This document shows positions 1 through 10,548 of a DNA stretch of 64,000 nucleotides, piece by piece. The stretch is from Methylophilaceae bacterium (lineage in GTDB: Bacteria > Pseudomonadota > Gammaproteobacteria > Burkholderiales > Methylophilaceae). The translations under genes were made by a program, and so were the position numbers. The DNA lies in contig JBLIIL010000004.1 in NCBI GenBank assembly GCA_047634755.1, forward strand, positions 1,894 to 65,893, given 5' to 3'. Position 1 is the first letter of the stretch; every line of letters starts with the position of its first letter. The notes below the pieces were generated by a model. That model worked only from the letters and a program-made list of their open reading frames with translations, ran no database searches and was not told where the DNA came from.

Positions 1-95
1 TGCGCGAGGCGCATATGGCTGAGAGTGGGTTGCACTTTAGTTATGTGACTTATGTTCGGCAGTCAGAATATGAGAAAGCACAGACGCATTATTAA
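1..95 (+). CDS. 3' end of an unidentified CDS entering from the left edge
   Basis: The frame is open from the window edge to TAA at 93-95 (...LHFSYVTYVRQSEYEKAQTHY*). It is too short to assign a family. Confidence 0.3.
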   Translation, partial: REAHMAESGLHFSYVTYVRQSEYEKAQTHY

Positions 96-146
96 GGTTT
101 GTATTTTAGAGTCGATGTACTTATAACAGTTACACCCACATCTCAG

Positions 147-168
147 CCTTCCCTCTTTACGGGGAAGG
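147..168. terminator. short GC hairpin between convergent genes
   Basis: CCTTCCC (147-153) pairs with GGGAAGG (162-168) around an 8-nt loop. It lies between the convergent stops at 93-95 (+) and 193-195 (-). There is no clear U-tract. Confidence 0.35.
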
Positions 169-192
169 GGTAGCACTTATGAAACGCTGGGT

Positions 193-2433
193 TTAATCTC
201 TTACGCAATCCACATAGTAGATAGACTTGCCATCGACGACTGTTTTCACCAAGCCATGTACATCAGTCTCAAAGCCCGGGAAGCATTCGTTAAAGTTACG
301 CGCGAATTTTAGATAATCAATAATGATAGTATTGAATTGCTCACCTGGAATCAATAACGGAATGCCTGGCGGGTAAGGGGTGAGTAAGACGGCAGTGGTT
401 CTGCCTTCTAGATCATCAATCAAAACGCGATCAATGGCGCGGTGTGCCATTTTGGCGAAAGCATCAGTTGGACGCATCGCTGGCACCATATTCGATAAAT
501 ACATATCGGTCGTTAAACGCGCAACATCACCTGCTTTATACACTTCATGGATTTGCGTACATAAATCACGTAGGCCTAGCATCTCATAACGTGGGTTCTT
601 CTTGCTGAATTCTGGTAATACTTTCCACAGTGGCTGGTTCTTGTCATATTCGTCTTTAAATTGCTGCAATGCCGCTACCATGGTATTCCAACGGCCTTTG
701 GTAATGCCGATAGTGAACATGATGAAGAACGAATATAGCCCTGTTTTCTCTACTACGACACCATGTTCCGCTAGGTATTTGGTGACGATAGCAGCAGGGA
801 TGCCATTTTCTTTGGTAAAGTTACCTTTGATATTCAAGCCTGGTGTAATAATGGTGGCTTTAATTGGGTCTAGCATGTTGAAGTTTTCTGCTAGGTCGCC
901 AAAGTCATGCCAATCTTCATTGGCTTTGAGCATCCAAGCATCACGTTCTTCTATGCCTTCTTCACTGAGGTCATCTGGCCCCCAGACCTTAAACCACCAG
1001 TCATCGCCCCATTCTTTTTCGACTTTACGCATGGCGCGGCGAAAATCGAGGGCTTCCATAATGGATTCTTCAACCAATACTTGGCCTTCTGGCGCTTCCA
1101 TCATGGCGGCTGCCACATCAATACTGGCAACAATCGAATATTGCGGGCTGGTTGAGGTATGCATTAAGTAAGCTTCATTAAATACATCACGATCTAACTG
1201 AATATTTTCTGCATTCTCAACTAGAATTTGAGAAGCCTGGCTGAGCCCAGCCAATAATTTATGCGTTGATTGGGTAGAGAACACCATAGACTCTTTACAA
1301 CGCGGCCTATCTGCACCAATCGCATGGTAATCACCATAAAAATCATGGAAGGTGGCATGTGGCAGCCATGCTTCATCAAAGTGTAGTGTATCGATTTTTC
1401 CATCGAGCATTTCTTTAATATCTTCAACGTTGTAGAGCACGCCGTCATAGGTCGATTGAGTGATCGTTAACACGCGTGGCTTAATGCTCTTGTCTTCAAT
1501 AAACGGATTGTCTTGTATTTTCTGTTGGATACTTTCCCAAGAAAATTCGCTTTTTGGAATTGGGCCAATAATGCCAAAGTGATTACGTGTTGGCATGAGG
1601 AAAACAGGAATCGCACCAGTCATGATAATCGCGTGTAACACGGATTTATGACAATTACGATCGACGACAACAACATCACCTGGCGCAACGGCTGAGTTCC
1701 ATACGATTTTATTAGAGGTCGATGTGCCGTTGGTGACAAAGTACAAATGATCACAGCTGTAAATACGGGCTGCATTACGTTCTGAAGCGGCGATAGGGCC
1801 GGTATGGTCAAGCAGTTGACCTAGTTCGTCGACAGCATTACACACGTCTGCACGTAACATGTTTTCACCAAAAAATTGGTGAAACATTTGACCGACGGGT
1901 GATTTCAAGAAAGCGACTCCACCAGAGTGACCGGGGCAATGCCATGAGTATGAACCGTCGGCAGCATACTGCGTCAGCGCTTTAAAAAATGGTGGAGTAC
2001 GGCTTTCTAAATAGGACTTCGCTTCGCGTAAAATCATGCGCGCGATAAATTCTGGCGTATCTTCATGCATGTGAATAAAACCATGTAGCTCGCGCAATAC
2101 ATCATTTGGGATGTGACGGCTAGTACGGGTTTCACCATGTAAAAATAACGGAATATCATCGTTGCGATAGCGAATTGCTTTTACAAAATCACGCAGGGCA
2201 TTAATGGCTTCTGGTTTTTCTTCTACGATTTCTTCATCATCAATCGATAAAATAAAGGCAGAAGCACGGCTCTGCTGTTGTGAGAATGAAGCGACATCGC
2301 CATAGCTGGTGACGCCGATGACTTCACAGCCTTCATCTTCGATGGCTTTTGCGAGTACGCGTATGCCAAAACCTGAAGAGTTATCAGTGCGAAAATCTTC
2401 ATCAATAATCACAACAGGAAAGTTAAATTTCAT
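193..2433 (-). CDS. large PLP-dependent Orn/Lys/Arg decarboxylase (CadA/LdcC/SpeC/AdiA family)
   Basis: 746-aa ORF with the PLP-lysine motif ..FSTQSTHKLLAGLSQ.. and an N-terminal wing domain. The length is typical of the family, but substrate specificity cannot be read from the sequence. Confidence 0.9.
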   Translation of the reverse strand: MKFNFPVVIIDEDFRTDNSSGFGIRVLAKAIEDEGCEVIGVTSYGDVASFSQQQSRASAFILSIDDEEIVEEKPEAINALRDFVKAIRYRNDDIPLFLHGETRTSRHIPNDVLRELHGFIHMHEDTPEFIARMILREAKSYLESRTPPFFKALTQYAADGSYSWHCPGHSGGVAFLKSPVGQMFHQFFGENMLRADVCNAVDELGQLLDHTGPIAASERNAARIYSCDHLYFVTNGTSTSNKIVWNSAVAPGDVVVVDRNCHKSVLHAIIMTGAIPVFLMPTRNHFGIIGPIPKSEFSWESIQQKIQDNPFIEDKSIKPRVLTITQSTYDGVLYNVEDIKEMLDGKIDTLHFDEAWLPHATFHDFYGDYHAIGADRPRCKESMVFSTQSTHKLLAGLSQASQILVENAENIQLDRDVFNEAYLMHTSTSPQYSIVASIDVAAAMMEAPEGQVLVEESIMEALDFRRAMRKVEKEWGDDWWFKVWGPDDLSEEGIEERDAWMLKANEDWHDFGDLAENFNMLDPIKATIITPGLNIKGNFTKENGIPAAIVTKYLAEHGVVVEKTGLYSFFIMFTIGITKGRWNTMVAALQQFKDEYDKNQPLWKVLPEFSKKNPRYEMLGLRDLCTQIHEVYKAGDVARLTTDMYLSNMVPAMRPTDAFAKMAHRAIDRVLIDDLEGRTTAVLLTPYPPGIPLLIPGEQFNTIIIDYLKFARNFNECFPGFETDVHGLVKTVVDGKSIYYVDCVRD

Positions 2434-2466
2434 TTTTTTTGCCTAGGTTTTTTACTATAGCTTTTG

Positions 2467-3042
2467 CTATGTCTTGGGTAAGGTAACGCCGACTTGACCT
2501 TGGTATTTACCACCACGGTCTTTATAGCTAGTTTCGCAGACATCATCGTCATCAGCTTCGAAGAATAGCACTTGCGCGCAACCTTCGTTGGCATAAATCT
2601 TAGCTGGAAGCGGTGTAGTGTTACTAAATTCTAACGTCACATAACCTTCCCACTCTGGTTCAAACGGCGTGACATTCACAATAATGCCGCAACGTGCGTA
2701 AGTGGATTTGCCTAAACAAATCGTTAATACATTACGTGGAATGCGGAAATATTCGACCGTACGCGCCAATGCAAATGAGTTTGGAGGAATGATGCAGTAG
2801 TCTTCTTCCACTTCAACAAATGAATTTGGGTCAAAGTTTTTAGGGTCAACAATGGTGCTATTGAGGTTGGTAAACAACTTAAATTCTCTTGAGCAACGAA
2901 TATCGTAGCCGTAGCTAGATGTGCCGTATGACACCATGCGCTCACCAGCTGAATTCACTTTGACTTGATTTGGCTCAAACGGCGAAATCATGTCATATTC
3001 TTGCGCCATTTTACGGATCCACTTGTCTGACTTTATACTCAT
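2467..3042 (-). CDS. dcd: dCTP deaminase
   Basis: 191 aa. The N-terminus [13 protein letters not shown].. and the overall sequence are typical of Dcd. It sits 33 nt upstream of, and co-directional with, the decarboxylase gene. Confidence 0.93.
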   Translation of the reverse strand: MSIKSDKWIRKMAQEYDMISPFEPNQVKVNSAGERMVSYGTSSYGYDIRCSREFKLFTNLNSTIVDPKNFDPNSFVEVEEDYCIIPPNSFALARTVEYFRIPRNVLTICLGKSTYARCGIIVNVTPFEPEWEGYVTLEFSNTTPLPAKIYANEGCAQVLFFEADDDDVCETSYKDRGGKYQGQVGVTLPKT

Positions 3043-3112
3043 AATGCGTAACCTAAGATTTGTTTAAATAGTGTTATTTAATCGTCATGCTCAAATCATG
3101 TTTTTAAAGCTT

Positions 3113-3136
3113 AAAAAGCGGGGCACTTACCCCGCT
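3113..3136 (-). terminator. rho-independent terminator after zwf (bidirectional shape)
   Basis: AGCGGGG (3117-3123) pairs with CCCCGCT (3130-3136) around a 6-nt loop. It is flanked by an A-run and a T-run, so the minus-strand transcript ends in a hairpin plus UUUUU. Confidence 0.6.
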
Positions 3137-3200
3137 TTAATATTTTGCAAATAATAACAACAAATGATGATGCAGTTGCAATTATTTTACTGGTGTTACT

Positions 3201-4709
3201 TTAGTGCTTATCGCCATCTAGCTCAATGCTATAGCGCCAGAATTGATCTTCAGATTCGAAAATCACACCTGAGTCTTTAGGGTCGCGGCTACCAGCTGGG
3301 TATTGATGGACTGGAGACTTGTCTTCTGCCCACGTTTTCACAATCGGGTCAATCAGCTTCCATTGTGCTTTGACTTCATCAATATGTAAGAATAATGAGG
3401 GGTCACCTTCCATGAGGTTAAGCAATAGCGTTTCGTATGAGTCGACGCTGTCATCAGTTTCTTGGCGTAACTGACCATCCATGCTGATTGAACGCGTTGC
3501 GATATCAAGGCCTGGCACTTTTGTTTGCACCTCTAGTTTAAGGCTCTCTTTTGGCTGAATGCTTAAAATCAACCAGTTTTGTTGCTGACCTTCCTTTAGT
3601 TCCATTGGTGCTTTTTTGAAACGAATTGAAATAGCCGTGCTACCTTCATGCATCCGTTTAGCGGTACGCACATAGAATGGCACATCCTTCCAACGTGGAT
3701 TATCAATAAACAGTTTCATTGCCGCATAAGTTTCGACTGAGCTTTCATAACCGAGCTCATCTAAATAACCTTTTACATGCTCTGAATGACCATCTCTTGC
3801 TGGCGCGTGACCTTCTTTATATTGGGCGCGGAAGGCTTGCTTGTCCATGTTGGTAGTATCAATTGGGCGAATAGACTGTAGCAACTTCACCTTTTCTGTG
3901 CGAATGCTTTCTGGCTGAAAGTCAACAGGTTTTTCCATCGCGACCAATGCTAGTGTTTGTAATAAGTGACTTTGTCCCATATCCCGCAGTGCACCAGTGC
4001 TGTCGTAAAACTTTTTACGACCGCCTATGCCCAGTGTTTCATTATTGGTGATTTGCACATGGTCGATGTGTTCGCTATTCCAAAGCGGTTCAAATAGGTG
4101 GTTCGCAAAACGGGTTAGCATGATGTTTTGTAATGCAGCTTTACCCAAATAATGATCGATACGGTAAATCTGACTTTCTTTTAAATGCTTGGTAATCGAC
4201 GCTTGTAACTCTTCAGCTTTTTCTAAATTAGTCCCGAATGGTTTTTCAATAAGCACACGTCTCCAGTATTTGCTTTCATCAGTGAGGCCAACGCTAGCTA
4301 ACTGCTCGACTACAGATGCGAAGTCGACAGGGCGGATAGATAAGAAGTAAGCAAAGTTTTGCGGGAAAACGCTTTCGTCGGTCAGTCTTACTTCTAGTTT
4401 CTTCATTGCATCAGGATCGTCAGATGCATTGGCTTGGTATTGGTTACGCTCTATAAAGCGCTTGAATACGGTTTCATCAATCCCATTGTAGAATTTCGCT
4501 TCTAACATGCCGCGTACTTCAGCTTGCCAATCTTCATGGGCAATCGGCGAACGACCAATCGATAGGATTTTCATGTCATCTGGCAATCTGCCTAATGAAT
4601 CTAGGCGATATAGGCCTGGCATTAATTTTACGCGGGATAAATTACCACTCGCGCCGAACAGCACTAAGGTACAAGGGTCGATTTTTTTAGAGTCCATATT
4701 TTTAGTCAT
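3201..4709 (-). CDS. zwf: glucose-6-phosphate 1-dehydrogenase
   Basis: 502 aa with the RIDHYLGK and EKPFG motifs and an N-terminal GASGNL dinucleotide-binding motif. Confidence 0.95.
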   Translation of the reverse strand: MTKNMDSKKIDPCTLVLFGASGNLSRVKLMPGLYRLDSLGRLPDDMKILSIGRSPIAHEDWQAEVRGMLEAKFYNGIDETVFKRFIERNQYQANASDDPDAMKKLEVRLTDESVFPQNFAYFLSIRPVDFASVVEQLASVGLTDESKYWRRVLIEKPFGTNLEKAEELQASITKHLKESQIYRIDHYLGKAALQNIMLTRFANHLFEPLWNSEHIDHVQITNNETLGIGGRKKFYDSTGALRDMGQSHLLQTLALVAMEKPVDFQPESIRTEKVKLLQSIRPIDTTNMDKQAFRAQYKEGHAPARDGHSEHVKGYLDELGYESSVETYAAMKLFIDNPRWKDVPFYVRTAKRMHEGSTAISIRFKKAPMELKEGQQQNWLILSIQPKESLKLEVQTKVPGLDIATRSISMDGQLRQETDDSVDSYETLLLNLMEGDPSLFLHIDEVKAQWKLIDPIVKTWAEDKSPVHQYPAGSRDPKDSGVIFESEDQFWRYSIELDGDKH

Positions 4710-4824
4710 TTTCTAGCCGATAATAGTGTAAGAACAAGTATAATTATAGCAAATGCAACCGCATGACTTCACTATCATAATTAATAAAATAGTAATTAAA
4801 TAAATATATAAGGCGCTATGCAAT

Positions 4825-5541
4825 ATGAACCAAGGCAATATGACCCAAGGTAATACGACACAATCATCTGCTACTCGTTGGCATCCGTTTGAATCTCAAG
4901 ACGACATTAATCTTGCAGCTGTCATGCGTATTTTAAAAGCAGCGGACGAAGCGATTGAGAAAAACGGTAGTTTTTATATCGTGTTAGCAGGCGGCAGCAC
5001 GCCAAAAGCCGTTTATCAACTATTGAGTAAAGAAAATGCCGATTGGGCTTGCTGGTATGTGTATCACAATGATGACCGCTGTTTACCTGTCGATCACGCA
5101 GAACGCAATAGCAAAATGGCGCGTGAGGCATGGCTGAGTAAAGTGGCGATTCCTGAGAACCAAATTCATGATATTCCAGCTGAGCTAGGTAATGTAGAAG
5201 GCGCGAAAGCTTATACAGAAACACTGGAAGGCGTACGAACCTTTGATTTAGTGATTTTAGGCTTAGGTGAAGATGGCCATACGGCTAGCTTGTTCCCAGG
5301 CCAAGCCGTTGATAACAGCGCTGATGCTGTGCCTGTATTTGACTCACCAAAACCGCCAGCCGATCGTATTACCATCAGCCAAAATCGTTTAAATGATACC
5401 AATGACGTGATGTTTTTAGTCACGGGTGCAGGTAAGCAATGGGCGGTTGATGAATGGCGTAAAGGGACAGCGATTCCAGCAACACTCATCTTCGGACAAA
5501 ATGGTGCTGATGTGTATTGTTTTGGTGTTGATTTGAAGTAG
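4825..5541 (+). CDS. pgl: 6-phosphogluconolactonase
   Basis: 238 aa with the LGLGEDGHTASLFPG motif. It is divergent from zwf. There is an alternative in-frame ATG at 4840. Confidence 0.9.
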   Translation: MNQGNMTQGNTTQSSATRWHPFESQDDINLAAVMRILKAADEAIEKNGSFYIVLAGGSTPKAVYQLLSKENADWACWYVYHNDDRCLPVDHAERNSKMAREAWLSKVAIPENQIHDIPAELGNVEGAKAYTETLEGVRTFDLVILGLGEDGHTASLFPGQAVDNSADAVPVFDSPKPPADRITISQNRLNDTNDVMFLVTGAGKQWAVDEWRKGTAIPATLIFGQNGADVYCFGVDLK

Positions 5542-5563
5542 TTTTAAATAAAACTGCTGTATT

Positions 5564-5591
5564 AAAAAAGCGCCATGTTGGGCGCTTTTTT
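5564..5591. terminator. bidirectional rho-independent terminator (pgl / apbC convergent)
   Basis: AAAAAAGCGCC-ATGTTG-GGCGCTTTTTT: the stem AGCGCC (5569-5574) pairs with GGCGCT (5581-5586), with an A-run upstream and a T-run downstream. A second perfect 18-bp palindrome, GCCGTATTTAAATACGGC, follows at 5595-5612. Confidence 0.7.
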
Positions 5592-5611
5592 GTTGCCGTA
5601 TTTAAATACGG

Positions 5612-6700
5612 CTATGTGTTTTGAATCACAATATTTGGAAACTTTCCGCTATGATCTAAACTCGCGATAGCGATTTTGCTTGCCGCTTTTCGTGCAATGG
5701 TTTTGTACACTTTGGCAATCTCGCTATCAGGCTCTGCGATGACAGTTGGTTTTCCGCTATCTGATTGCTCGCGAATCTTGATGTCTAAAGGCAAGCTGCC
5801 GAGTAAGTCGATGTTGTAGTCTTTGCACATTAATTCACCACCACCTGCGCCAAAGATATGTTCTTCATGACCGCAGCTACTACAAATATGCGTACTCATG
5901 TTTTCGACAATGCCTAAAATCGGAATGCCGACTTTCTCGAACATTTTTAGACCTTTACGCGCATCAAGCAGGGCGATATCTTGCGGAGTAGTGACAATGA
6001 TGGAGCCAGTGACTGGTATCTTCTGAGCTAGCGTTAACTGGATGTCACCTGTACCCGGCGGTAAATCAATCACTAGGTAATCTAAATTACGCCAGTTCGT
6101 ATCGCGCAATAGTTGCTCAAGTGCGCCAGTGACCATAGGTCCACGCCAAACCATGGGGGTTTCGGTATCGACTAAGAAACCGATGCTCATGACTTGAATG
6201 CCATATGCCTCTTTCGGTTCCATACTCTTACCATCTTTGCTATCTGGTTTGCCGCTAAGGCCTAGCATTTGTGGTTGGCTAGGGCCGTAAATATCGGCAT
6301 CAAGTAAGCCAACGCTGGCGCCTTCTGCGGCTAATGCGAGGGCTAAGTTAGCGGAAGTCGTTGATTTCCCAACGCCGCCTTTACCTGAAGCAACGGCAAT
6401 GACGTTTTTCACATTCGGTAATAAGCTGACGGCTTGTTGTACCTTGTGCGACACAATGCGACTGCCAACATTGACGGTGACTTCACCCACGCCATCGAGG
6501 GCTTTTAAGTCATTGGTGACTAAGGCTTTGATGTTGTCCAATACGCTTTTAGCAGGATAGCCGAGTACGATATCTAAGCTGATATTGTTGTCTGTGATTT
6601 GAATGTTTTTAGCAGATTTGCTACTAATAAAGTCTTTGCCTGTATTCGGATCTATGCAAAGTTTAAGCGTACTTTCAATGAGTAATGCGGTGATGGCCAT
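5612..6700 (-). CDS. apbC: Mrp/ApbC/NBP35-family Fe-S cluster carrier ATPase
   Basis: 362 aa with the deviant Walker A GKGGVGKST, a CSSCGH CxxC pair and an N-terminal DUF59-like region. Confidence 0.9.
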   Translation of the reverse strand: MAITALLIESTLKLCIDPNTGKDFISSKSAKNIQITDNNISLDIVLGYPAKSVLDNIKALVTNDLKALDGVGEVTVNVGSRIVSHKVQQAVSLLPNVKNVIAVASGKGGVGKSTTSANLALALAAEGASVGLLDADIYGPSQPQMLGLSGKPDSKDGKSMEPKEAYGIQVMSIGFLVDTETPMVWRGPMVTGALEQLLRDTNWRNLDYLVIDLPPGTGDIQLTLAQKIPVTGSIIVTTPQDIALLDARKGLKMFEKVGIPILGIVENMSTHICSSCGHEEHIFGAGGGELMCKDYNIDLLGSLPLDIKIREQSDSGKPTVIAEPDSEIAKVYKTIARKAASKIAIASLDHSGKFPNIVIQNT

Positions 6701-6800
6701 GCGACAATAATTCCTGACTAAATAATTCAGGTATTTTAGCGGATATTGGGCTTTACGTCATGTGCTGTCGTTGAATTAGGGTTAGGTGCTGTTGAATGGC

Positions 6801-7781
6801 TTAAGCGTGAAAGTTGTTGGAAAAAATATCATAGCAGTTTGCCCAACTCCATTTTTTTCTAGACGACTGTTTAATCTCTTGATGGTTTAAGTTTTGGCAG
6901 TTGGTAATGGCACTGCCTAAATCATCATTAATATAACCTGTCACGCCATGTTCAATGACATCAATCGGCCCCTCAACATCGTAACCAGCAACAGGCAGAC
7001 CATTGCACATGGCTTCTATCATGACGAGGCCAAAAGTATCTGTACGGGAGGGGAAGGCGAAAATATCGTGTTGGGTGTAAATGTCGGCTAGCTCTTTACC
7101 AAATTTATAACCTACAAAATTGACCTTTTTGTATTTACTTTTCAGTGTTCCTAAATGAGGGCCATCGCCAACAATCGAAATGTCGAATTCATTCTCATAT
7201 TCACATAAGGCATCTAAATTCTTCTCTTTACTGACACGGCCAACATTGAGTACTCGTTTTTTCCCATGCGATGGTTGATGGGTTTGGTCGCTTTTGAGTT
7301 GGTCTGAAACACCGCGCGTCCATACGGTTAGATGGGTAAAGCCTCTAGTCGCTAGCTTTTTATACATGGATTCAGTGGTCACAAATGTTGTTTTAGCTGG
7401 CGCATGAAAGCGTCTTAAGTAGGCATAGGTCCAACTTAGCGGAATCCGCATATAGCATTGCAAATATTCTGGAAACTGTGTGTGATATGAAGTGGTGAAT
7501 GGTTTCTTTTTCATGCGACACCACATTCTTGCCACCATGCCCATGCCACCTTCTGTCGCAATATGAATTTGGGGTGGGTTGATGCGATTAAGCAAACGCC
7601 ATAAACGGTACGGTTGCATGGCTAACTGGATCTCAGGGTAAAAGGGCATTGGTATCCATTTGAACAAACTCGGGTGGATAACCTTAAAGCTAAGGTCACG
7701 CGACCGTGCGATTCTTTTGATGTTTTTATAAGTGGTTGAAACCCCATTGGTTTGTTCAAATGTGTCTGTCACAATAATCAT
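6801..7781 (-). CDS. GT4-family (group 1) glycosyltransferase
   Basis: 326 aa with a C-terminal EX7E-type region, EAMCNGLPVAGYDVEGPIDVIEHGVTGY. The acceptor is unknown. Confidence 0.8.
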   Translation of the reverse strand: MIIVTDTFEQTNGVSTTYKNIKRIARSRDLSFKVIHPSLFKWIPMPFYPEIQLAMQPYRLWRLLNRINPPQIHIATEGGMGMVARMWCRMKKKPFTTSYHTQFPEYLQCYMRIPLSWTYAYLRRFHAPAKTTFVTTESMYKKLATRGFTHLTVWTRGVSDQLKSDQTHQPSHGKKRVLNVGRVSKEKNLDALCEYENEFDISIVGDGPHLGTLKSKYKKVNFVGYKFGKELADIYTQHDIFAFPSRTDTFGLVMIEAMCNGLPVAGYDVEGPIDVIEHGVTGYINDDLGSAITNCQNLNHQEIKQSSRKKWSWANCYDIFSNNFHA

Positions 7782-7990
7782 TGTTTACCAAATCGTATTA
7801 GTGCGGTTTTAAACTGGTTTTTTAAATTCATGTGACTATTTTGGTACGAATGCATTTAAGTAATGTGAAAAATTGATAAAGCTTTGATGACAAGACTTAT
7901 TTAAGATTTAAGTTAGTGGCGTTATTAAGCGTAGGTTAAGTGGCTAGCCTTTGATAAAATAACGCTTTTAGCATAATCGGTTCATTTACC

Positions 7991-10030
7991 ATGTCATCAC
8001 GCAAAATTCTCGTTACTTCAGCCCTTCCTTACGCCAACGGCAGTATTCATCTCGGTCATTTAGTCGAATATATTCAAACAGATATTTGGACGCGCTTTCA
8101 AAAAATGCAGGGACATACCGTGCATTATGTTTGTGCCGATGATACGCATGGCACGCCGATTATGTTGCGCGCAGAAAAAGAAGGCATTACACCTGAGGCA
8201 TTGATTGATGGTGTGCATAAAGAGCATCGTGCTGACTTTGATGGATTTTTAGTGGAGTTTGATAATTACTATTCAACGAACTCAGATGAAAATAAAACAC
8301 TGTCGCAAGGGATTTATAAGGCCTTAAAAGCCAACGATAAAATTGCGACAAAGACCATCGAGCAATTTTATGACCCAGTTAAGAATATGTTCTTACCGGA
8401 TCGTTTTATTAAAGGCGAGTGTCCTAAGTGCCATGCGAAGGATCAATATGGAGATTCATGTGAATCTTGTGGCGCAACTTACAACCCAACAGAGCTGATT
8501 GAAGCTTATTCAGCCGTTTCTGGTGCTGCACCGATACGTAAAGAAACTGAACATCACTTCTTTAAGTTATCAGAGTGCGAAGACTTCTTAAAAGAGTGGA
8601 CCCAAAGCGGCACTGCACAAGGTAAAACTTTACAGGGCGAAGCTGCTAATAAGATGGGTGAGTGGTTTGAAAGTGGATTAAAGGATTGGGACATCTCACG
8701 CGATGCGCCTTACTTTGGTTTTGAGATTCCTGATGCGCCGGGCAAATATTTTTATGTGTGGTTAGATGCGCCAATTGGTTATATGGCGAGCTTTAAAAAT
8801 CTATGCGACAAAAATGGCTTGGATTTTGATGAATACTGGAAAGCGGGTAGCGATACTGAGCTTTATCATTTTATTGGCAAGGACATTCTTTATTTCCATG
8901 CGTTATTTTGGCCTGCGACATTGGAGTACAGCGGTTACCGCACCCCAACACAAGTGTTTGCACACGGCTTCTTAACCGTGAATGGCGAAAAAATGTCTAA
9001 GTCACGAGGTACGTTTATCACTGCACGCAGCTATTTAGATCATATTAAAAACCCTGAGTACTTGCGCTATTACTATGCCGCTAAACTGAATTCAACGATG
9101 GAAGATATTGATTTAAATTTAGAGGACTTTACTGCGCGGGTCAATAGTGACTTAGTGGGTAAATATATCAATATTGCCAGTCGTACCGCTGGTTTCATCA
9201 ACAAGCGCTTTGATGGGAAATTAAACCCGTCTAGGGATAATGCGGTTGTGGCTGAATTGAAAGCGGCAGCAGATGCGATTGCAGCGTCTTATGTTGCAAG
9301 AGAGTATGGCAAAGCATTACGTGAGATTATGCGTTTAAGTGACTTAGCCAATAGTTTTGTGGCGGATAAAGCGCCTTGGGTGATGGCGAAGCAAGAAGGC
9401 CAAGAAGCAGTATTGCAAGAAGTGTGCTCGGATGCGTTGGAAATGTTCCGTTTGCTAACACTGTACCTCAAGCCAGTATTGCCAAAATTAGCAATGGAAA
9501 TTGAAGCGTTTCTGAATGTGGACGTCATGCAATGGTCGCATGTGGGCGCTAGCCTAAATGCTGAGCATACCATTAACAAATACAATCATTTGATTACACG
9601 GGTAGATCCTAAGGCGATAGCAGCAATGGTAGACAGTAATAAAGAGAATCTTGAAAAAGTCGAAGCGGTTGCCGCACCAGTGAAAGAAGAAGTTGCTGGC
9701 GATTATATTAAGATTGATGACTTTACTAAGGTCGATTTACGGATTGCACATATTGTGAATGCTGAGCATGTTGAAGGTGCAGATAAGTTATTAAAACTAA
9801 CCTTAGACATTGGTGAAGAAAAAACACGACAAGTTTTTGCGGGTATTAAATCTTCGTATGACCCTGAAACCTTAAAAGGGCGCATGACGGTGATGGTTGC
9901 TAATCTTGCGCCACGTAAAATGAAGTTTGGCATGAGTGAAGGCATGGTGTTAGCCGCGAGTGACGAACTTGGCGGCCCATTTATTTTGAGTCCTGATAGT
10001 GGGGCGCAAGCTGGTATGGCTGTTAAGTAA
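7991..10030 (+). CDS. metG: methionine--tRNA ligase
   Basis: 679 aa with HIGH (..[10 protein letters not shown]..) and KMSKS motifs, a zinc knuckle CPKC..CESCG and a C-terminal tRNA-binding domain. Confidence 0.97.
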   Translation: MSSRKILVTSALPYANGSIHLGHLVEYIQTDIWTRFQKMQGHTVHYVCADDTHGTPIMLRAEKEGITPEALIDGVHKEHRADFDGFLVEFDNYYSTNSDENKTLSQGIYKALKANDKIATKTIEQFYDPVKNMFLPDRFIKGECPKCHAKDQYGDSCESCGATYNPTELIEAYSAVSGAAPIRKETEHHFFKLSECEDFLKEWTQSGTAQGKTLQGEAANKMGEWFESGLKDWDISRDAPYFGFEIPDAPGKYFYVWLDAPIGYMASFKNLCDKNGLDFDEYWKAGSDTELYHFIGKDILYFHALFWPATLEYSGYRTPTQVFAHGFLTVNGEKMSKSRGTFITARSYLDHIKNPEYLRYYYAAKLNSTMEDIDLNLEDFTARVNSDLVGKYINIASRTAGFINKRFDGKLNPSRDNAVVAELKAAADAIAASYVAREYGKALREIMRLSDLANSFVADKAPWVMAKQEGQEAVLQEVCSDALEMFRLLTLYLKPVLPKLAMEIEAFLNVDVMQWSHVGASLNAEHTINKYNHLITRVDPKAIAAMVDSNKENLEKVEAVAAPVKEEVAGDYIKIDDFTKVDLRIAHIVNAEHVEGADKLLKLTLDIGEEKTRQVFAGIKSSYDPETLKGRMTVMVANLAPRKMKFGMSEGMVLAASDELGGPFILSPDSGAQAGMAVK

Positions 10031-10045
10031 TTGGCTTACAACGAT

Positions 10046-10070
10046 AAAAACCCGCCTAGGCGGGTTTTTT
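10046..10070. terminator. bidirectional rho-independent terminator (metG / comEA-like convergent)
   Basis: AAAAACCCGCCTAGGCGGGTTTTTT: a GC stem at 10051-10064 flanked by A5 and T6. Confidence 0.8.
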
Positions 10071-10092
10071 ATTGCTTTAAAACTAAAGCTGT

Positions 10093-10406
10093 TTACTTCG
10101 TTTTTGCTTTCGTGGTTTTCTTTTTAGCTTTATTTTTTGAAGCAACGGTTGTTTTGCCTGATACCGCGACATCTTTGCTAATCTTTTTCACCATCTTTGG
10201 CCCAATATCTTTCACGCCGCTTAAGTCGTTAACTGATTTAAACTTGCCGTATTTCGTTCGGTATTTGATTATAGCACTGGCTTTTTTAGTACTTATACCG
10301 GTTAAGGTATGCAATTCTGCTTTGGATGTGGTGTTGATATTGACAGCGGCAAAGGCGCTAAAACTTAAGGTGAGTGCAAGTAATAAACTAAGTATGGTTT
10401 TTTCAT
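10093..10406 (-). CDS. ComEA-like helix-hairpin-helix DNA-binding protein whose ATG and signal-peptide start are out of frame (possible pseudogene or homopolymer error)
   Basis: The ORF-track piece 10093-10314 (TTG start) encodes an HhH motif (..LHTLTGISTKKASAIIKYRTKYGKFKSVNDLSGVKDIGPKM..) and a Lys-rich tail. The same frame continues upstream as ..KTILSLLLALTLSFSAFAAVNINTT.., which is a signal peptide. The only ATG (10404-10406, reading ATGAAAAAACC) is one base out of frame. Confidence 0.65.
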
Positions 10407-10548
10407 TATTGTTGTTGTAACTTTTTTATTGTGATGACTTCACAGTATACAAAGTCATTCAAATTTTAACGCTTAGTTGATTGACAGGTCAATATGAAGT
10501 TGCGATGGTACGGCGCGGTGGTAAAAATACCATTTGATGAGAGCGAAG

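Noticed and set aside
602-1171. 189-aa ORF on the plus strand inside the decarboxylase gene
   Set aside because: It is entirely antisense to a well-supported 746-aa CDS and has low-complexity, Ser/Ala/Met-rich composition typical of a shadow ORF. It has no motif and no plausible RBS.
10031-10420. 129-aa hydrophobic plus-strand ORF
   Set aside because: It is antisense to the ComEA-like gene, and its hydrophobicity is the complement of the Lys-rich tail. It also runs straight through the metG terminator hairpin.
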